Source of the DNA: Promethearchaeota archaeon
GTDB taxonomy: Archaea; Asgardarchaeota; Lokiarchaeia; Sigyniarchaeales; SOKP01
Assembly (NCBI GenBank): GCA_048938895.1
Contig: JBHLLU010000031.1
Location: forward strand, 1-48,613
DNA length: 48,613 nt
Reading direction: 5' to 3'
Shown: positions 1 to 9,565 of the stretch, in pieces
Position numbering within the stretch: the stretch's first letter is position 1
How the letters are laid out: every line of letters begins with the position of its first letter
Position numbers and translations under genes: made by a program
The notes under the pieces: model-generated
Seen by the model: the letters and a program-made list of their open reading frames with translations, nothing else
Database searches by the model: none
Told to the model about the DNA's origin: nothing

Positions 1-231
1 AGTAATACTGGTAGTAAAATTACAGATATTATTAATAACATTCAACATTCATTTAGCAATATGGAAGGAATTAGTTCGGCATCGGAACAACAGAGTGCTT
101 CTATGGAAGAAATTACTGCAACTGCTAATAAACTAGGTTCAATGGCAGAAGATCTAAAAGAATCCTTGAAAGTAGAAGAGAATTCGCATAAACAAAAGAA
201 GAAGTTGAACCTAACAATAAAAAGGAAATAG
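1..231 (+). CDS. Methyl-accepting chemotaxis-like protein, C-terminal fragment (runs off the window start)
   Basis: Frame 1 is open from base 1 to TAG at 229-231. It translates ...MEGISSASEQQSASMEEITATANKLGSMAEDLK..., the typical MCP signalling-domain methylation helix. Confidence 0.8.
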   Translation, partial: SNTGSKITDIINNIQHSFSNMEGISSASEQQSASMEEITATANKLGSMAEDLKESLKVEENSHKQKKKLNLTIKRK

Positions 232-445
232 ACAAATCAGTCAGATAAAAAATTAAAAATTTTAACTAAATCGTTATAAACTAATTTTTTTCTTATCACA
301 TATATTAATATCCAAGTCTCTAGAATTAGATTATTAGATAAGAGATTCGAAGGTGATGATAAATATGCACAATATAAAAAACGAACCTGTATCTTATTTC
401 CTTGATTTTTAAAGAAAAAGTAATTAACTTTTAGTTTTATTAATT

Positions 446-961
446 TTATTTACAGTAATAATCAGTACTAGCACAAATAAATATCATAATAGCAATACTG
501 ATTAAAAATAACGGATTAATACCAAATAAAATAACAACACCAATCAAAATCAATGAGACACTAATTACTAGAATTATTAAACCCAATCTTGACTTTTCAT
601 ATAATGTTGAGCTAGAAATTCGTTTTTCTGTTTCAGGGTATTTTAATCCGTATTTTTCGTCAAGATAGTTTTCCATTTCTAATCTTTTTTCCTTACCGTG
701 AAGTTTTCTTATTCGTTTCTTCACATCTTTGAAAATGGGGAAAAATAACATCTTAAGATTTAAGTTATAATCGACATTGAGTTTATAAGTCGCTCCAATG
801 ACGTCAAAAAATTCATTATCAGAAAGAGAGGGGAATTTATCTTTATTAAGTAAATCAAATAGATGTATCAAAATTTTTCTTTTGGATGGTAAGCCCTTTT
901 GTAGCTCCTTTCGAATCTCTTCCATGGTCGAGTCTACATCATTCATTTTTTCTTCATCCAT
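446..961 (-). CDS. Hypothetical protein with two C-terminal TM helices
   Basis: 171-aa ORF with a hydrophobic hairpin at the C-terminus; no family recognised. Confidence 0.65.
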   Translation of the reverse strand: MDEEKMNDVDSTMEEIRKELQKGLPSKRKILIHLFDLLNKDKFPSLSDNEFFDVIGATYKLNVDYNLNLKMLFFPIFKDVKKRIRKLHGKEKRLEMENYLDEKYGLKYPETEKRISSSTLYEKSRLGLIILVISVSLILIGVVILFGINPLFLISIAIMIFICASTDYYCK

Positions 962-1119
962 CTCTTAAAGTTATGAAAATTAACTATTTAATCATTATGT
1001 TTTTTCCACTTCTCCTATGATTCTTAATCTGAAAATTTTTAAATACTCAAAAGTATATACCATAGAAATAAGTAGATAATAGACAGATTTTCAAAGATCT
1101 TCATTAAAAGGGATATATA

Positions 1120-2049
1120 GTGGTAAAAAAGAAAGAAACTGGTCGCAACAACACTGAACCAAATAATAATATCATTAAAGAAGAAATCAATTTACAATTG
1201 CATTGGTATTTACCTGCATTTTTCGTGATTTACTTCGCATCATTTTTGATACCCGCTGTTATTTTTATGTTATTTATAATGATGTTTTATTTACCGTTCT
1301 TCTTAGAAGTGAGAGATTTTATCTCACTCTTTACAAATATACCCTCTCTAATCGCTGCTTTAACTATACCCATAATAATTGTAATTTGTTATTTAATACA
1401 TCTATTTGTAGTGGCTTTAATTACTCGATGGTTCTGGAGTATTTCAGAAAAAAGATCTCCTTCCAAATCTGGGATAATTCCAAGAAATATTCCAAGTAAA
1501 ACTCTAAATTATTATCATTTTCGAAGTTTTATAATTAAATACCCTAAGAATGCGTTTTCAAGAGGACCTTTTCCTTGGTTGGTAAAATGGATGTTTAATT
1601 TTACCAAGACTAATAAAATTGGAAGATCTTCAGTGATAGAAGAACAAATCGCAGGAGATCGGTTTGTATCTATAGGAGAAAATTGTTATCTTGGAACAAA
1701 TATTGCAATTAGTTCCCATGCTGTAGAAGGGATTTTTGGAAATATATCATTCGCTAGGGTGAATATTGGAAATAATGTAACTACAGCAGGTTTCAATTGT
1801 ATCGCGCCTGGAGTGGATACAGGTGACAATTCTTGGTGGTTCCCGATGACAGGTGCTACAAAATACAACATTTTAAAAGGTAACAACTTCTATCTCGGTA
1901 CTCCCTTGAGAAAGATCTTCAAAAGAAAAGTTATAGAGTATTTACAAATATCTGAAGATGATTTAAATAGAGCAGAAGAATTAAATAAAATTTTAGAATC
2001 AAGAATGGTTAAAAAAAAGAAAAAGAAAGAGCTCTTATCTAATGACTGA
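1120..2049 (+). CDS. Membrane-bound left-handed beta-helix (hexapeptide) acyltransferase-like protein, module type A
   Basis: Two TM segments, PSKSGIIPRN, hexapeptide repeats (SIGENCYLG, NIGNNVT), SSHAVEG and a YLGTP end motif. GTG start; overlaps the next gene by 8 nt. Confidence 0.8.
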   Translation: MVKKKETGRNNTEPNNNIIKEEINLQLHWYLPAFFVIYFASFLIPAVIFMLFIMMFYLPFFLEVRDFISLFTNIPSLIAALTIPIIIVICYLIHLFVVALITRWFWSISEKRSPSKSGIIPRNIPSKTLNYYHFRSFIIKYPKNAFSRGPFPWLVKWMFNFTKTNKIGRSSVIEEQIAGDRFVSIGENCYLGTNIAISSHAVEGIFGNISFARVNIGNNVTTAGFNCIAPGVDTGDNSWWFPMTGATKYNILKGNNFYLGTPLRKIFKRKVIEYLQISEDDLNRAEELNKILESRMVKKKKKKELLSND

Positions 2050-2914
2050 AGATAATGAAAAAGTTGACTATACCATTGATTTCGTTACTAGCAGTGCAAT
2101 TAGCAAAATAGGTATAAAATTTTTGGTATTTTACATTCCAACCTTATGGATCGCAGGCTATATGGCTACAGCTGTCTTTTTTGACGTATCTCAGATATTA
2201 GATAACTGGGTACTAACTATGTTTTTAATCCCATTTTGGATTTTCATTTTGTATTTTATTTTCATTTTTGGAATAGCAATAACTACTAAAGCATTCCTAC
2301 TAATGATAAATATGATTCACAAACCTAAAGAAGGAGTGTTCTTAGCTAAGGAAGGAGATCAGGATTATGAATTTTGGAGACTACGTGTTGAATTGAAAAA
2401 ACTAGTTTTTTGGTTAATGAATAATGGACCATTGCCTTGGATCGTGATGTGGGGTTTCAGATGGTTAGGTATAAGAGTAGATTTTTCCAGTCATATGCAA
2501 GATGCTTGGGCTGACGGTGGTTTTATTGAATTTGGTCGAAACGTAACAGTTGGGCAAGGAGCAGTAGTTATGAGTTCTATGATCGTAGGAAAATATTTGA
2601 TTATAAAGAAAGTCATTTTAGGAGATTATACTGTCGTTGGGGGGGTTTCTAATATCGCCCCTGGTACGAAAATGGGAAAAGAGTCTGTATTAGGTGCTTT
2701 TAGTTCTACAATTCCTAATCAATTTATAGAACCGGGTTGGATTTACTTAGGACCATTGATGGCAAGAAAGTTAAAGCCAAATAAGTACGCAGAACAGAGA
2801 CGTGACTTAATTTACAAAAAGCATGTAGAAGAAGAGATCAAATATGAAGTTAAACAAGAAGTTAATATCGATGAGGATAAGAAAAAATTACTCAATAATA
2901 ATTTGGGGGAGTAA
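2042..2914 (+). CDS. Membrane-bound LbH acyltransferase-like protein, module type B
   Basis: DFVTSSAIS, two TM, HKPKEGVF..D.DYEFW and LbH repeats (FGRNVTVGQGAVV, LGDYTVVGG, PGTKMGKESVLGA). Confidence 0.8.
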   Translation: MTEDNEKVDYTIDFVTSSAISKIGIKFLVFYIPTLWIAGYMATAVFFDVSQILDNWVLTMFLIPFWIFILYFIFIFGIAITTKAFLLMINMIHKPKEGVFLAKEGDQDYEFWRLRVELKKLVFWLMNNGPLPWIVMWGFRWLGIRVDFSSHMQDAWADGGFIEFGRNVTVGQGAVVMSSMIVGKYLIIKKVILGDYTVVGGVSNIAPGTKMGKESVLGAFSSTIPNQFIEPGWIYLGPLMARKLKPNKYAEQRRDLIYKKHVEEEIKYEVKQEVNIDEDKKKLLNNNLGE

Positions 2915-2919
2915 ATTAG

Positions 2920-3768
2920 ATGTCAGTCCCTTCTAGCCTAAATGTTGGACCAAACACCACTCTAACTTTAGCTAAAAAAAGATACATGCTTTTTTATTTT
3001 ATTCTTATATGGGTTAGTATATTTACTATTCAGTTTGAATTTTGGCTATTTTGGGCTGTATATGAAATAGAAAAATTCATCCATTTCTACCTTTTTTTAC
3101 CTCTCTTAATTTTTATAATGTATTTATCAGCGATTTTAGTTTCGCTTTTATTTGCTAAATTTTTCCTTGTTATTGTCAATTTAATCCATAAACCACGAGA
3201 AGGAGTATTTCTTCGGCATCGTTCCGATAGAGACTATAGGTACTGGAGTATGAGAAGTGTAATTAAAAAATGGCCTTTATGGCTTTCTCATAAATTTCCA
3301 TTCCCTTTCATTAACAATATATGTTTGAAAATGTTTGGGATTAGAACAAAATACTCTAATTCTCTCTTTGAGGGGTTTGTTGATACAGAGTTCCTCCAAT
3401 TTGGAAAAAATATCATCGTCGGTCAGAGTGCTATTATCCAATCAGCTGTGATAGTAGGAAACTTATTTATAATAAGAAAAACAATTATTGAGGATAATAC
3501 AGTAATTGGTGCTCACAGCATTGTAATGCCAGGAACTCATATGAACAAAAATTCTATTTTAGCAGGGAGTTCTATGACATCTGTGGGGCAAGAATTAGAA
3601 GAGGATTGGGTTTATCTAGGGGCCCCTGCAAAAAAATATAAAAAAAATGTATTTTTTGATGAAGGATTAGAAGACATAATTGCTAAACACTTAGAAGGCG
3701 AAATTGTGACAGACATAAAACCTGAAGATCTTTATATAATGCGTAGAGATAAAGATACTAATATTTAA
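2920..3768 (+). CDS. Membrane-bound LbH acyltransferase-like protein, module type C
   Basis: MSVP..VGP start, two TM, HKPREGVF..DRDYRYWS, LbH repeats and WVYLGAPAKK. Confidence 0.8.
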   Translation: MSVPSSLNVGPNTTLTLAKKRYMLFYFILIWVSIFTIQFEFWLFWAVYEIEKFIHFYLFLPLLIFIMYLSAILVSLLFAKFFLVIVNLIHKPREGVFLRHRSDRDYRYWSMRSVIKKWPLWLSHKFPFPFINNICLKMFGIRTKYSNSLFEGFVDTEFLQFGKNIIVGQSAIIQSAVIVGNLFIIRKTIIEDNTVIGAHSIVMPGTHMNKNSILAGSSMTSVGQELEEDWVYLGAPAKKYKKNVFFDEGLEDIIAKHLEGEIVTDIKPEDLYIMRRDKDTNI

Positions 3769-3780
3769 ATTTCTAAGAAA

Positions 3781-4566
3781 ATGAAAGTAGGTTATATTCA
3801 GACAAATCCTATATTTGGTGAAAAGGAAAAAAATTTAAGGGAAGTAGAGAAACTATCAGCTAATTTGAAAGCTGATATAATAGTCTTGCCAGAATTATTT
3901 GCTACAGGTTACGCTTTTAAATCAAAGGAAGAAGTATATTCATTAGCTGAAAGTATCAGTGACACCACGTCCCAGTTTTTAATAGAGTTAGCTCAAGATA
4001 AAGAAAATATTATTATTGGAGGATTTGCAGAAAAAGAAGGAAAAAAATTATTCAATTCTGCGTTGATCGTTTCAGAAAATGGAGTAGTTGGGACCTATAG
4101 AAAACTTCATTTATATTATAAAGAAAAATTATGGTTTAATCCTGGAGATAAACCGTTAAAAGTATATAATGTTAATGGTTTTAATATTGGTATAATGATT
4201 TGTTTCGATTGGATATTCCCAGAAACTGCACGTACTCTAACACTTTTGGGTGCAGAGATAATCGCTCATCCTGCAAATCTAGTTCTTCCGTATTGTCAAA
4301 AAGCTATGGTAACAAGATGTTTAGAAAATCGAGTTTATGCAATAACAGCAAACAGAATTGGACAAGAAAATCGTGGAAATGATAAATTTAAATTTACAGG
4401 GGGTAGTCAAATTACGTCATTTGATGGGGCTATTCTCTCTTCAGCACCTTTAGATCAAATTTTTGTAGGAACTGCAGAAATTGATGTAAGTTTGGCAAGA
4501 AATAAAAAATTAAATGAATATAACGACCTATTGGGAGACAGGCGTAATAAATTCTATTCAAATTAA
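3781..4566 (+). CDS. Nitrilase/carbon-nitrogen hydrolase family protein
   Basis: Glu-Lys-Cys triad motifs LPELF, YRKLHLY and ICFDW. Confidence 0.92.
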   Translation: MKVGYIQTNPIFGEKEKNLREVEKLSANLKADIIVLPELFATGYAFKSKEEVYSLAESISDTTSQFLIELAQDKENIIIGGFAEKEGKKLFNSALIVSENGVVGTYRKLHLYYKEKLWFNPGDKPLKVYNVNGFNIGIMICFDWIFPETARTLTLLGAEIIAHPANLVLPYCQKAMVTRCLENRVYAITANRIGQENRGNDKFKFTGGSQITSFDGAILSSAPLDQIFVGTAEIDVSLARNKKLNEYNDLLGDRRNKFYSN

Positions 4567-4601
4567 ATATATATACCTCATTTCAAAGAAGATATGTACT
4601 A

Positions 4602-5522
4602 ATGAAAATTGGTTATCCCTGTATTAATTTAACCTTAAAATGTAGAAGTAGTCGTACATTTCGTTTGAAAAATTACTCTGAAGAAAGATTAGCCCAGACA
4701 GTTTCTAATAATTTGAAATGTTTACAAAAAATATTAGAATTTAATGTTGACAATAAAATCTTATTTTTTAGAATTACATCTGATTTAGTTCCTTTTGCGT
4801 CCCACCCTGTGATGGAATTCAATTGGCAGGATTATTTTCAGACAAAATTCAAATCTATAGGTAATTATATTAAGAACAATGATATCAGGATCACAATGCA
4901 TCCAGGACAATATACCATCATTAATTCTATGAAGGAAGAAGTATACAAGAACAGTTTAAAAGAATTAGCTTATCATACCGAGATTTTAGAGTTGTTGGGA
5001 TTAGATAATACCGCTAAGATTATAACCCATGTTGGTGGAGTATATAATGATAAACAAACTAGTATGAATAGATTCATTCAACGATATCATTCTTTAGACA
5101 ATAGGATTAAAAAATATTTTGTAATAGAGAACGATGATAAAAGTTATAATATAAGAGATTGTCTCTCAATTTTCGAGAAAACAGAAATACCTGTAATCTT
5201 TGATTTATACCACCATAAATGTAATAGTACAGACGATAAAGCTCAGGATATTATAGAGAACGTATTTCAGACTTGGAAACCAGAAGATGGGCTTCCAATA
5301 GTACATTACAGCTCAGAACACCCTATAAAAGGAAAATGTAGCCATGCGGATTCTATTGATCTACAACATTTCAAGTCTTTTATTGAATCAACATTAAATT
5401 ATGATTTTGATATTATGATTGAGATTAAAAACAAAGAGATTAGTACTTTAGAAGCTATAAATGCAATTAAAAGCGATGAGAGATTAAAAATTGTAAATAA
5501 TGATAAATTACTTCAAATATAA
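4602..5522 (+). CDS. uvsE: UV-damage endonuclease UvsE/UVDE
   Basis: MKIGYPCIN, FRITSDLVPFASHP, RITMHPGQY, IENDD, FDLYHH, HYS, HAD and DIMIEIKNKE motifs. Confidence 0.95.
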   Translation: MKIGYPCINLTLKCRSSRTFRLKNYSEERLAQTVSNNLKCLQKILEFNVDNKILFFRITSDLVPFASHPVMEFNWQDYFQTKFKSIGNYIKNNDIRITMHPGQYTIINSMKEEVYKNSLKELAYHTEILELLGLDNTAKIITHVGGVYNDKQTSMNRFIQRYHSLDNRIKKYFVIENDDKSYNIRDCLSIFEKTEIPVIFDLYHHKCNSTDDKAQDIIENVFQTWKPEDGLPIVHYSSEHPIKGKCSHADSIDLQHFKSFIESTLNYDFDIMIEIKNKEISTLEAINAIKSDERLKIVNNDKLLQI

Positions 5523-5540
5523 AATCACCTTACAAGAATT

Positions 5541-6011
5541 ATGGCAATATTAAAATTACCAAAAATGGATGATGATGAAATAATACAAGCAATCCAAACT
5601 GCAAATATTTGCAGGATCGCATTTATTGATGAAATCTATCCTTACATTTCTCCGTTTCAATACACTTATCTTAACAATACATTATATTTTCATTTTACAG
5701 ATTATGGAAAGAAAAAGCAGATATTGAAAAAGAATAATAATGTATGTGTATCAATTGAACATCTTGAAGAAGATTTAAGCTCTTTTTATTTTATATCGAT
5801 GCAGGGTAAGTTAGCTCTTATTGAAAACGAGCAAGAAAAGTCACAAGTATTAGAAATAATGGTAAAGAATGCGAGAAAAGTCTATTCTCAGAATTTTTTA
5901 TCTGCTCATGGATATGAAAAAGAAAATGGATGGGATGTTTTAACTAAAAAAAACCAAATTCTCTATAAATTTATACAAATGCGAGAACCAATAGGATTAA
6001 AATCTCCTTAA
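5541..6011 (+). CDS. Pyridoxamine 5'-phosphate oxidase-like (NimA-type) flavin-binding protein
   Basis: CRIAF....PYISP..Y.Y....LYFH....GKK...L..N.NVC pattern. Confidence 0.8.
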   Translation: MAILKLPKMDDDEIIQAIQTANICRIAFIDEIYPYISPFQYTYLNNTLYFHFTDYGKKKQILKKNNNVCVSIEHLEEDLSSFYFISMQGKLALIENEQEKSQVLEIMVKNARKVYSQNFLSAHGYEKENGWDVLTKKNQILYKFIQMREPIGLKSP

Positions 6012-6112
6012 CTTTCTTTAATTGTTTTATTCTTAATTTGGTAAGGTTGCGCTATAACCAAATGAGTAGAATTCAAGCATTTTTTATATTTTACTCAAAC
6101 CAAATCATATTG

Positions 6113-6583
6113 TTAATTTAATTTTTCAAGAATCGCAATTATCTCTTTGTTTTCTGGAATATCATCCATGGAATCGCCATAATATGCATATCTAATTATT
6201 CCTTTTTTATCAATAAGAAGGGTAGCAGGCATTCTTCCCATTTTTAAAGGCTTTACTTCTTGTTTTAACATTTTATTTACCTTCTTTTTTTTGTTAAAAT
6301 ATATGGGATATTTATGTGCGAAATTTTTTTCGAATTTCTGGGCAGCCTTTAAATCATCTGGTAAAATTGCTAAAATTTCAGTGGATTTATCAAGAAATTT
6401 TTCATAATCTGCACTAATTTTTTGAGCATAAGCTTTTGCATAGGGTCAACTTTTACTTCTGAATAATATAATTAATACATTACTTACACCCTCAAAATCA
6501 TGGATAGCAGTTGTTTCGCCTCGAGAATTCGTTAATCTGAAGTTTTTTATTTTAGTTCCGACAAGATTAAATTTATCTTTCAT
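6113..6583 (-). CDS. Peroxiredoxin-like (AhpC/TSA, thioredoxin fold) protein with in-frame UGA at codon 46; probable selenoprotein (absent from the ORF track)
   Basis: Manual translation from ATG 6583: MKDKFNLVGTKIKNFRLTNSRGETTAIHDFEGVSNVLIILFRSKS-U(TGA 6448-6446)-PYAKAYAQKISADYEKF...GRMPATLLIDKKGIIRYAYYGDSMDDIPENKEIIAILEKLN, TAA at 6115-6113. The UGA falls at the redox-Cys position. Confidence 0.85.
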
Positions 6584-6688
6584 ATTAAATCACTATTATT
6601 GATTATAATTTAAACATTGATTTTAATTTATAAAACAACTAGCGTAGTTTTAGTTGATTTCTAATAACTAATATTGTTCTTTTCTATC

Positions 6689-6707
6689 AAAAAAAAAGAA
6701 AAAAAAA
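6689..6707 (-). terminator. Archaeal oligo-U terminator candidate after the heliorhodopsin gene
   Basis: Near-pure T tract on the minus strand immediately after the stop codon. Confidence 0.5.
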
Positions 6708-7532
6708 TTATTGTGGCTGTAAAATACCTCCAAATGCTAACCATGCCAATAATGATTTGGCTACTAAGCTTAAAATAATGTAAACTCGTTCACCAAAAAG
6801 ATAATCTCTCCAAGGACCAACACCTTTATATTGAAGTACCATATTTATTGCAAAAATATTAAACAATACTAAATATGAATAAAAAATTGCATATACAAAA
6901 TCAGGTGGTCCATCTGTATTGGAAGTAACTCCATAAAAGTAGCCAATTATTACAATCCAAGGAATTGCTCCAGAGATACATCCCATTAGAAAAGGCTTCC
7001 AATTGGTCTTTTCTGTATATTGATTAACTAATTCCATTACGTAACCGAATAGAATCATCGTAGCATTTAATACAAATATCATTATAAGAGACCAAAAGTC
7101 CCATACTCCAAACAATAACGCAATGAACATAATCATAATTGAACTAGATAAAGCGTACTCATACCAGCGATATGGATTAAATCCTTTTTGTAGATTTGCG
7201 TTATATCTTTCATTTAATGGATAAGCAATTAACAAATGCGCTAACGCAGACAATAATAGAAAAGATGCTAATATAGCCCCCACATATGAAAATGTAAATA
7301 ATACAGTTGGATTGGGATTGATCTCGAAGACTCCGGGAGAAACTTCTTCAAAATTTAAGTAGAAAGTATATATATCTCTTGAAAAGTCTAAAATAAGTCC
7401 AACAGTAAGCATCAAAATCCCCTGTATCAAATGTAGAAAACCCATATTTCTATTAAACTTTTTCAGATAATCAAAAGAGATCCTCGAATTTGAAATAATT
7501 TCTTGACGTTCTTTGTAATTCATTTTAATCAA
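6708..7532 (-). CDS. Heliorhodopsin
   Basis: Seven TM segments; N..MGFLHLIQG, NPYRWYEYALSSSIM, FAINM.LQY and GE..YIILSLVAKSLLAW (retinal Lys). The real start may be ATG at 7523. Confidence 0.95.
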   Translation of the reverse strand: MIKMNYKERQEIISNSRISFDYLKKFNRNMGFLHLIQGILMLTVGLILDFSRDIYTFYLNFEEVSPGVFEINPNPTVLFTFSYVGAILASFLLLSALAHLLIAYPLNERYNANLQKGFNPYRWYEYALSSSIMIMFIALLFGVWDFWSLIMIFVLNATMILFGYVMELVNQYTEKTNWKPFLMGCISGAIPWIVIIGYFYGVTSNTDGPPDFVYAIFYSYLVLFNIFAINMVLQYKGVGPWRDYLFGERVYIILSLVAKSLLAWLAFGGILQPQ

Positions 7533-7823
7533 TTTATCAAGTTTTTAAATTTCTTTTTATAATATTAATTATTCAAGATAAGAACTTAAATAATTTTTTT
7601 AGGATTTATTTATTTTTTTAATATAAAAATTTTAAGATAAATGAAACAAAGCTAAATCTTTAATAATCTATACAAATAAAGATTAAATTATTTTTTATTC
7701 TATAAAAATACTTTAATTAGTAATTATTGAAATTCATTCAATTCACTTTTCAGTTTATATTTATTATTACGGAGAATTAAATAGTCAAATATCTCTTTTT
7801 GATTAGTATTAATCATTTAAGAT

Positions 7824-8327
7824 GTGATCAGAAAAATGTCTGCAATAATTGAAGAATTTTCACTTGAACAGCATGAAAAAATTGCAAAGGATAGCTTTAA
7901 TAAAACATGGGATTATCTTGATAAAAAAGATCGCAGTGAAGAAGATGATCTCAATATGATCCATTCTGCTCATGCTTCAAGATATCATTGGGGGATTCTT
8001 GTTGCTGAAGGAAAGGGAACAGTACTAAATCTTCAAAGGGGAGAATGGATGTTGTCGCATGTTTATACAATTCTAGAAAGACCTGAAGCAGCAATTTTTC
8101 ATGCAAAAACCTGTTTGGATTTAACTAAGAAGAATAACATTGAAGATTTTGATTTAGGTTTTGCTTATGAAGCAATGGCTAGGTCTTCAGCTTTAAGGAA
8201 AAATGAAGCTGATTTTAAGAAATATTTTGATTTAGCTAAAAAGGCAGCAGATAAGATTAAGAATAAAGATGACAAGGATTATTTTCTTGGAGAATTAGAA
8301 GGAGGAAATTGGTTTGGTTTAAAGTAA
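7824..8327 (+). CDS. Conserved helical hypothetical protein
   Basis: FNKTWDYLDK..RS.EDD..MIHSAHASRYHW, RGEW..S.VY and DLGFAYEAMAR resemble a widespread uncharacterised family. Confidence 0.7.
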   Translation: MIRKMSAIIEEFSLEQHEKIAKDSFNKTWDYLDKKDRSEEDDLNMIHSAHASRYHWGILVAEGKGTVLNLQRGEWMLSHVYTILERPEAAIFHAKTCLDLTKKNNIEDFDLGFAYEAMARSSALRKNEADFKKYFDLAKKAADKIKNKDDKDYFLGELEGGNWFGLK

Positions 8328-8448
8328 TTTTAATTTAATTTTATTTACCTTTTTTCTTATTATTGCATAAATTATGCATTTAGATAACAAATTTAAAATG
8401 GAAACATGAATTAATGTCTTTTTAAATTAATGATAAATTAATGCAGAA

Positions 8449-9456
8449 ATGAAGGCTGCTGTTTTTGATGGGCAAAATTTAATAGTAAAAACTGTAAAAG
8501 ACCCTAAAATTAATGATTTTCAGGTTTTAATTCAAGTTAAATCTGTTGGTATTTGTGGGACAGATTTAGCAATAGTAAAGAAATCATTACCTACTCCTAC
8601 TCCTATTATACTTGGTCATGAATTTGCAGGGGATGTGGTTGAAGTAGGGAGTGAGGTTGATCAGAAATGGTTGAATAAAAGAGTAACTTCTGAAATAAAT
8701 AGTAATATTGATTTTAAGTGTCATTTCTGCAAACAGGGTAATCATACACAATGTATTTCTCGTAAAGCACTAGGAATTGATATAGATGGGGCTCTTGCTG
8801 AATATATTGCAGTGGATTCTTATATGCTTCATGAAATACCTGATTCTATTTCTTATGACTGTGCAACTTTTATTGAACCTTTAGCAGCTGCATACCAAAC
8901 TTTTGAAGTAATGCCTTTAAATGAAAATGACCATGTAATGGCCGTTTTCGGTCTTGGTAAATTAGGACTCTTACTAATTCAGGTTGCTTTACAAAAGGGT
9001 CTAACCTTATTTGGAGTAGATGGTTCTCATAAAAAAATTGCTTTAGCTAAAAAATTAGGAGTTCATTACCCTTTAAATCGATTTGATGGACCAAATATAC
9101 CTAATAAAATAATAAGTCTAACGGGAGGATTGGGTGCAGATATAGTTGCTGATACTACTGGCAATCCAGTGGCTTTAAAAGATGTGATTGCATCTTGTCG
9201 GACTCGGGGGAAAATACATATCAAGAGCACGCATGGTATTGAAACCCCTATTAATTTAACTGATGTTGTAGTCCGTGAGTTAACAATATATAGTAGTAGA
9301 TGTGGTCCCTTTGATATAGCTATTGAAGGTTTAAAATCTGGAAAAATTAAGGTTGACAAATTAATCTCTAAAAAATACAAATTAGAAGAAATAGAAAAAG
9401 CTGTAAGTTCTTTTGAAGATATCCATCACCATATTAAAACAATTATCCATATTTAA
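8449..9456 (+). CDS. Zn-dependent alcohol/threonine dehydrogenase (MDR family)
   Basis: GICGTD, GHEFAG.V, structural Zn loop (D..C..C.......C, first ligand Asp), EPLAA and GLGKLG. Confidence 0.92.
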   Translation: MKAAVFDGQNLIVKTVKDPKINDFQVLIQVKSVGICGTDLAIVKKSLPTPTPIILGHEFAGDVVEVGSEVDQKWLNKRVTSEINSNIDFKCHFCKQGNHTQCISRKALGIDIDGALAEYIAVDSYMLHEIPDSISYDCATFIEPLAAAYQTFEVMPLNENDHVMAVFGLGKLGLLLIQVALQKGLTLFGVDGSHKKIALAKKLGVHYPLNRFDGPNIPNKIISLTGGLGADIVADTTGNPVALKDVIASCRTRGKIHIKSTHGIETPINLTDVVVRELTIYSSRCGPFDIAIEGLKSGKIKVDKLISKKYKLEEIEKAVSSFEDIHHHIKTIIHI

Positions 9457-9565
9457 TATTCAAAATGAACTTTAAAACTGAAACAACGAATTTTTTAGAG
9501 AAAAAAAATTAAATAATAAATATAGCTTAAAAAATATAAAAAATTCCTTAAGGATCTAATCTGTT

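Noticed and set aside
6113-6583. Nonsense pseudogene reading of the peroxiredoxin-like gene
   Set aside because: The single stop is TGA at exactly the redox-Cys position and the rest of the frame is intact, so Sec is more parsimonious, though unproven.
6708-7532. Proton-pumping rhodopsin implying phototrophy
   Set aside because: The motifs (RWYEYALSSS, LSLVAK) are heliorhodopsin-type, a family not known to pump ions.
7655-7684. Inverted repeat aatcttta-N14-taaagatt between heliorhodopsin and the divergent gene
   Set aside because: Almost all A/T in a very AT-rich spacer, so likely chance.
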